Below are positions 58,242 through 64,000 of a DNA stretch of 64,000 bases, piece by piece (the stretch's first letter is position 1; every line of letters begins with the position of its first letter). The stretch is from assembly GCA_020184695.1 (NCBI GenBank), contig JAANOX010000061.1, positions 558,001-622,000 of the forward strand, given 5' to 3'. This stretch comes from Histomonas meleagridis 2922-C6/04-290x. Taxonomy: Eukaryota; Protista; Parabasalia. The translations under genes and the position numbers were made by a program. The notes beneath the pieces are model-generated. The model was given only the letters and a program-made list of their open reading frames with translations, made no database searches and was not told where the DNA came from.

Positions 58242-61200
58242 TTAACCATATTTCTTCATTATTTTTTTATTATTATTATTATTATTTATAATTCGTTGAA
58301 ATGATAAACATAATGTGTTAAATAATAATGAAAGTTTTCGTTCCCACCAACCAATTGATATCATTTTAATTAAGAAATTTAATGTTTCGATTTCAGGTAC
58401 CATAATATTTATAAATGATAACATTATTAATTGATGAATATTTATAATATAATTTGGTTCTATATTAACACCAAATAATAATAACTTATCAAGTGTTTTA
58501 GTTAATTGTTCTCCATGAACTTGACATAAACATTGTGTATTTAATTGTATTATTAAATTTATTAAATTCAAACTTTTATCAAAATCAATTTCATTAATAT
58601 TATTATTATTTAATACATTTTCATTATTTAATGGTATTAAAGTTTTCGTTAATATTATATCACAAGTTTTCGAGATTGAATCAGATGTAATACCAAACCA
58701 TAAATCTTTAAATGAAAGAAATTCATTTGATTTAGGGAAATCTGGTCTAATATTAATAATAGGATCATTTCGTGGAATATTTATATTATCAATTTCGATT
58801 GGCATTCGACAAGGTTCAAATGAATTACCATAATCAAATGGTAATAAAATACTTTCATTTATGGTTATACCGAAATGAGATAATTGACGTATATCTTCTA
58901 TAAATGGATATAATTCGATGTTGTTATTTAATGTTATAAATGTTATTGTGTCTAAAACTTCATATAATAAAAATGAAGTTGAATTCATTTGAAAGAAATC
59001 ACAAAAAAGAGTGAAAAATATATGAAGAATTCCTTGATTTTGTATAATTTCATTACGATATAATGAGAAATCATTTAAATTTTTATATGTTAATAATATT
59101 AATAATGAAAACCAAAAATCTTTAATTTCAACTAAGTTTTTAAATGATGGAATTAATTCAATTAATGAATTTTCATCATATAAATTATGATTATTCATAC
59201 ATAATAATGAATAATTTTTGATGTATTTTAATATTAAATTAGATGAAAGATTATTTACATATTTAATATTAATATAATCAATGATTTTTGGATTTTCTTT
59301 TAATAATTTGTTTAATAATGAATTCGGAGTTTTATTAAATAAATGGATTGTAAATGATGAAATTGTATTTTGATGATTTTTAATTAAATATATTAATAAA
59401 TCTTCAATTTCTTTAGATGAAATATGTAAAAAAATTATTAAATCATAAAAGAAATGAATTAATGATAAATTATTTAATGTCTTTTGTTCTATTGGATAAT
59501 ATTCGAAATAATTTAATAACTTAACACATATTATATTTAATTTTTCATATAATTTAATCCATAAGTTATAATCTATAAATAAATTATAAAACAATTTCCA
59601 TTTCATTTTATCATTATCTAATAAAACTTCAAATAATAATTCAAGTAATTCTTCAGTTATAAATTCATTTTTAATTAATAAAATTTGTCGTAAATTAGAA
59701 ATGAATTTTATCGAATTTACTTTTTTCTTTCTAATTATAAATATATTAATTAATGACTTTAAATAATATTCAAAGTTTTGTTTGTTGTCACAATTAATAA
59801 TTTCTTCGAAAATTCGTGGAATTGCATTAATATAAGGCATATGTTTTATAAATCCTTTATATTTCACATTTAATATACCTTTACCTAATTGGAACTTAAA
59901 TTTATTTGATTGCTTAATATAAAATGTTGAACCTGGTGCATTTAATCTTGATCCAATTATACATAAATTTGTTTCATTATTTGTAATATTTATTTGTAAT
60001 GAAGTTATTAAATTATTATCATAATATAAATCATTGTTTTTCAATTGGATTTTATGCCATTTATGTAATTGATAATCAAATGATTTATCTTCATAAATTA
60101 TTTTTTCATTTTCACATATTAATTTTATTTTCCCAATTTCTAAAATTTGGAAATTATTAACAAATTCATCGATTCTAAACTTAAATGAGAAATTTGTATC
60201 AGTTATATATATAAACGAATCATTTTGATTCATTTGAAATTGGAAAACATCTTTATGAGGAAATAAAGGATTTGTAATATTAAATAATAATTCGGAATTT
60301 TTTATAACATCAGAAGCAATTCGATTAGTTAAATATTGTACACCCAATTTATTTAATAATGAAGAATTTACATCTATTATACTATTTTTAATTAAATTCT
60401 TTGCTGATACATAATAATCAAATAAAGAACAAAATTCGATGTTATCAATATGAGGAATTAATGAAGGAATTCGAATAATTTTTATAGGAACGTCATTTGA
60501 ATTTTGTGGTATAGCATAAGTTAATTTAATTAATTGTTCTTGAGTTAAATTAACTAAAGGAGAATCATCGAAATTAATTAATATATAATTATCTATTATT
60601 TCATAAGGTCCATCTTTTACTAAATATGAAAGTATATCAATTAAATTATTTTTAATTACTAATTCGATGAATTCAGTACATAATAATTCATGTAATAATA
60701 ATGGCTCATTTAATAAATTAGGAAATAACATAATAAATTCTTTGCTTTTAATTAATTGTGGAAATGATTCAATAAAAATATCTTTATATAGAACTGGTGA
60801 TAATGATTTACAAATAGTAATAAATGTATTTATAATCGATTTAATATTATGTTGACATATCATTAATATAATTCGTATGAAATATTTAAATATATCTTCC
60901 GAATCTGATGATAATATAAACAAGCCAACTATTAACTCTTGGAAATGTGGATGATTATCAAATGATTTAAGTATTATATCTTCTTCTGACATTATTAAAA
61001 TGTTATCTAAAACTTCAATCGAATTAATTTGTTTGGACTTTTTAATGTATTCAAGTAATACAAGTCCATCAATTCGACATTTAAATGGTGGAATTAATGT
61101 TTTATTAATTTGTTTTATGAAATCATTCGATTGATTTTTTAATATAATATTTATCATCGAAAATTGGTCATCAATTGGTAATAACCCTATAAATTGTATT

Positions 61201-62045
61201 AAGTTAATTAACGAATATGAAAATTCCGGATTTTTGTTGATGAAAAAGATAAATTGTGTACCAATTTCTTGCGATGTAATTGTCTTACTTAATTCATCAA
61301 ATTCATGTAAAGTTTGTTTCCGATCAATTAAATAAAGTTTATGATATATATCACATACTTTTATGCGAAGAATTGAAGAATTTATTAAATTGTAATTAAT
61401 CGGAATATTCGCCTTTTGATATATCGCAACAAAAAGTTCAAGATGCGCTTCATTCTCAATGGTTGGACTAGGATCAATGCCTACAAGAATATCTGAATTG
61501 AGTTTTGTGCATTTGTTTATGCAATTTTTTAGAAATGTTAATGTTATTGATAATGTTTTGGGATTAGAAAAACAAACATGATATACTTCGGAAAAATAAG
61601 ATGGGGTTGTAATGAGATTAATAAACGATTTGTTATTTGTAATGTTGTTTAATATTTGTAACAAATTATTTGTTGAAAATTTATTATCGGAAATTATAAT
61701 TAATTTAGTTAAGCGCAATAAAATTTGACTCATGTCAGTCTTTTCTGGTATACAATAAGAAGCAGATTCAAAACATTGATATAAAAAATTATCATCTTTA
61801 TCTTTCTCTAAAGAATCGCATAAACATGGAATTAAATATGTTAAAAAAACTTCAATGTCATCACGAATAGGAAGTTGTGATATTTCTTCTGGTGAATATG
61901 GAAAAAAAGTATCAATATAATTTATTGCACATTGTTGTATTTTAGCAAAATCACAATCAACACTTAGAGAACTAACAAGCATTAGAAACTCATTAAATTC
62001 TTCTTCATTTTTTTTCTGCAAAATCTTCTTCACGAATGACTTCAT
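58242..62045 (-). CDS. N-terminal part of the same BEACH gene (1267-aa ORF)
   Basis: Adding one A at each of two A7 runs (58262-58268, 58134-58140) gives a stop-free bridge NNEEIWLKFGEVIKC...NISYLSFIFFILCL into ORF 58093. Confidence 0.75.
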   Translation of the reverse strand: MKSFVKKILQKKNEEEFNEFLMLVSSLSVDCDFAKIQQCAINYIDTFFPYSPEEISQLPIRDDIEVFLTYLIPCLCDSLEKDKDDNFLYQCFESASYCIPEKTDMSQILLRLTKLIIISDNKFSTNNLLQILNNITNNKSFINLITTPSYFSEVYHVCFSNPKTLSITLTFLKNCINKCTKLNSDILVGIDPSPTIENEAHLELFVAIYQKANIPINYNLINSSILRIKVCDIYHKLYLIDRKQTLHEFDELSKTITSQEIGTQFIFFINKNPEFSYSLINLIQFIGLLPIDDQFSMINIILKNQSNDFIKQINKTLIPPFKCRIDGLVLLEYIKKSKQINSIEVLDNILIMSEEDIILKSFDNHPHFQELIVGLFILSSDSEDIFKYFIRIILMICQHNIKSIINTFITICKSLSPVLYKDIFIESFPQLIKSKEFIMLFPNLLNEPLLLHELLCTEFIELVIKNNLIDILSYLVKDGPYEIIDNYILINFDDSPLVNLTQEQLIKLTYAIPQNSNDVPIKIIRIPSLIPHIDNIEFCSLFDYYVSAKNLIKNSIIDVNSSLLNKLGVQYLTNRIASDVIKNSELLFNITNPLFPHKDVFQFQMNQNDSFIYITDTNFSFKFRIDEFVNNFQILEIGKIKLICENEKIIYEDKSFDYQLHKWHKIQLKNNDLYYDNNLITSLQINITNNETNLCIIGSRLNAPGSTFYIKQSNKFKFQLGKGILNVKYKGFIKHMPYINAIPRIFEEIINCDNKQNFEYYLKSLINIFIIRKKKVNSIKFISNLRQILLIKNEFITEELLELLFEVLLDNDKMKWKLFYNLFIDYNLWIKLYEKLNIICVKLLNYFEYYPIEQKTLNNLSLIHFFYDLIIFLHISSKEIEDLLIYLIKNHQNTISSFTIHLFNKTPNSLLNKLLKENPKIIDYINIKYVNNLSSNLILKYIKNYSLLCMNNHNLYDENSLIELIPSFKNLVEIKDFWFSLLILLTYKNLNDFSLYRNEIIQNQGILHIFFTLFCDFFQMNSTSFLLYEVLDTITFITLNNNIELYPFIEDIRQLSHFGITINESILLPFDYGNSFEPCRMPIEIDNINIPRNDPIINIRPDFPKSNEFLSFKDLWFGITSDSISKTCDIILTKTLIPLNNENVLNNNNINEIDFDKSLNLINLIIQLNTQCLCQVHGEQLTKTLDKLLLFGVNIEPNYIINIHQLIMLSFINIMVPEIETLNFLIKMISIGWWERKLSLLFNTLCLSFQRIINNNNNNKKIMKKYG

Positions 62046-62243
62046 TCTGAATAATTAAATTTTTAATGAATACTTTACATAACTTTACATATCAATTCAT
62101 CGGTTTCATGTATTTTTGAATACTTTAATTTCAGATCATATTAAATGGAAATATAGCACTTTTAAATAAGTTATTTTCATCAAAATTAACAAAAGATTAT
62201 CGATTTAACATTATTTATTTCTAGAATAAAACTTTGACCAGTT

Positions 62244-62798
62244 TTAAAATGTCATGCAAACTTCTTTTTTCTTTTTTTTTCTGGTTTCCTCTTTTTGCAT
62301 ATCAGACTCCAATTTCATTCTGAAAAGAGCTAAAAATCCTTCTGTAATGTTTATATTTAACATTGCTGATGTTTCAAAATATTTTGCGCCAAATTTTGAT
62401 GCAAGTTCTTCTCCTTGAGATTGACTGATAACACGATTTTCTTTAAGATCGCATTTGCTTGCGCAAATAACAATTTGAACATTATTATTTTTAAAATTGA
62501 TAATATCCTTGCACCGTTGTCCAGCATATTCAAAAGATTCTCTGTCATCAATAGAGAAAACAACCATAAAACCATCTCTTTTTGAAGCCATTAATTCAAA
62601 CATTCTCTCATGCTCAGTGAGATCTTCAGCAATATTAAATGATATATCAACTCCATCAATTGATATAGAATATATATAATCATCGATTAATTGTTCAACA
62701 TATTCTGGGGAATACATCCCATATACGAACTGCCTTATTATTTAAGTTTTTGCTGCATTTTCTTTTCCAGAAACAGCAACGAAGTACGTATCAGCCAA
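62244..62798 (-). pseudogene. Divergent Ras-family GTPase with a TTG start and an in-frame TAA
   Basis: LADTYFVAVSGKENAAKT*IIRQFV upstream of ORF 62717; ASKCD, ETSAM, polybasic tail and CMTF CaaX. Confidence 0.7.
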
Positions 62799-62880
62799 AA
62801 TGAAATGATGTTTTAAAACGATTAAAACATTTTCAAAATTCAGTAAACCGATAAATGCATAACAACTTTTTTTAAAAAAA

Positions 62881-63816
62881 ATGAGTAATTTTCTAATTTC
62901 ATATGTTCCAAAAAGTAAAAAGGATATAGAGAAAAGTCTTGAGAAAGTTTCTTCATCAATTTTAACATTTGATTATAACGCAAATTCAAATAAAGGGTGG
63001 AGCTCGATTATTCAATCTGATTTATCGATTGAAGATATTAAAAATGAATTCCCAGATTGCCAAGTTACTGTACTTCAATCAAATCAAATTACATTTCCTT
63101 ACAAGGATTATAAAATTAAAGAATACATTAATATTACACCTTCTTTCCTTCGTGTGAAGCAGTGCACTCCAGAGATCCATGGTAGTTCTGTCTTATATAC
63201 AACTGATGATTTTGAATCAGTTTCTCTTGTACATTCTCGTTTCTTATCAAGGAAACAATGGACTCATTTTCTCGCTGTCCCAGTTGGAGTACTTTTCCCG
63301 GACTTTGACCAAAAAGTTAAACAACAATTTCAACATTTATCCGATAAAACGCATCTTACATTATGTATGTTGTATGCTGAAAATGATTCCGAAGTTTTAC
63401 AGTTTTGTGAAGCCTTTGAAGAGGTCATTTACAAAGTTTCATGGCCAGAAGATCTTTCACTCACTTTGCCAAATCTTGATACATTTGGTGAACCGAACAA
63501 AGCTTCGATACTCTATGCAAATCCAGCCGGCAAAATTGTGGATTCGCTGTTTGAGTTCGTGTCATTGTTTTCTGAAGCATGTCGAGATCGCGGACTTACG
63601 TACATAGAACCTGCAAACACTATGCACATGACAGTGATGCGAGCAAGAAGATCATTCGATGCAACTGAATACATTAAAAATTATGTTCAGCCGCCTCCAA
63701 TTGATCCACATGAAATTAGATTGGTACAAAGATTCAAGAATGATGACGACGGGTTCTATCACACAGTGAAAAAAATCGATTTTCTGGAAACTTCTAATAA
63801 AAATGAAGAAAATTAA
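62881..63816 (+). CDS. 2H phosphodiesterase, AKAP7/ASCC1-like
   Basis: Two HxT motifs (THLTLCML, MHMTVMR) followed by SFDA, the AKAP7/ASCC1 pattern. Confidence 0.75.
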   Translation: MSNFLISYVPKSKKDIEKSLEKVSSSILTFDYNANSNKGWSSIIQSDLSIEDIKNEFPDCQVTVLQSNQITFPYKDYKIKEYINITPSFLRVKQCTPEIHGSSVLYTTDDFESVSLVHSRFLSRKQWTHFLAVPVGVLFPDFDQKVKQQFQHLSDKTHLTLCMLYAENDSEVLQFCEAFEEVIYKVSWPEDLSLTLPNLDTFGEPNKASILYANPAGKIVDSLFEFVSLFSEACRDRGLTYIEPANTMHMTVMRARRSFDATEYIKNYVQPPPIDPHEIRLVQRFKNDDDGFYHTVKKIDFLETSNKNEEN

Positions 63817-64000
63817 AATAATAGCAATCATTATTTGTACTAACTTTTACAAGAATTTAATGAAAATGATTAATTTGTAAATTTTAATTTTCGGAACTGA
63901 GTAAGATCTAATCAAAGTATGTCTAGAGGAAATATCTTTTCAACTTCATTATTCTCATGTCAAAAATCTTAGGATAGCATTAGATTTTCTAAAGTATTCG

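Noticed and set aside
58269-58287. (AAT)n microsatellite
   Set aside because: Short poly-Asn tract inside the BEACH coding region; ordinary for AT-rich protists

Overview
Eukaryotic, very AT-rich DNA from a parabasalid protist (trichomonad-like, e.g. Histomonas/Tritrichomonas type; inferred from DUF3447-ankyrin genes, BspA-like LRRs, several BEACH genes, TCATT-type initiators and 23-24 nt introns). It is not prokaryotic: no rRNA, tRNA, CRISPR or transposase was seen. Bases 1 to ~21 kb hold only indel-riddled gene remnants (Chl1/DDX11-like helicase, Ras, BspA-like, two DUF3447-ankyrin copies, one an inverted copy of ~50.4-55.3 kb). Damage fades rightwards, which suggests poorly polished sequence or a decayed duplication. 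From ~21 kb the window is gene-dense: Med13-like, ARL3-like (three tiny introns, SPKK-repeat tail), EDC4-C-like, D-box protein, PDI-like, Rab, two BEACH genes, CHD remodeller, Tctex-1, ARPC4, EPL1, a methyltransferase and a 2H phosphodiesterase. The standout is the DUF3447-ankyrin gene at 51.5-54.3 kb. Each well-preserved ankyrin repeat is followed, at the same position, by an AT-rich spacer that lacks usable GT-AG ends. The spacer is exactly 80 nt and frame-breaking in seven consecutive units, across two different sequence types, and its core motif recurs in a separate paralog at 16.6 kb. It is a candidate non-canonical intron or excision system.
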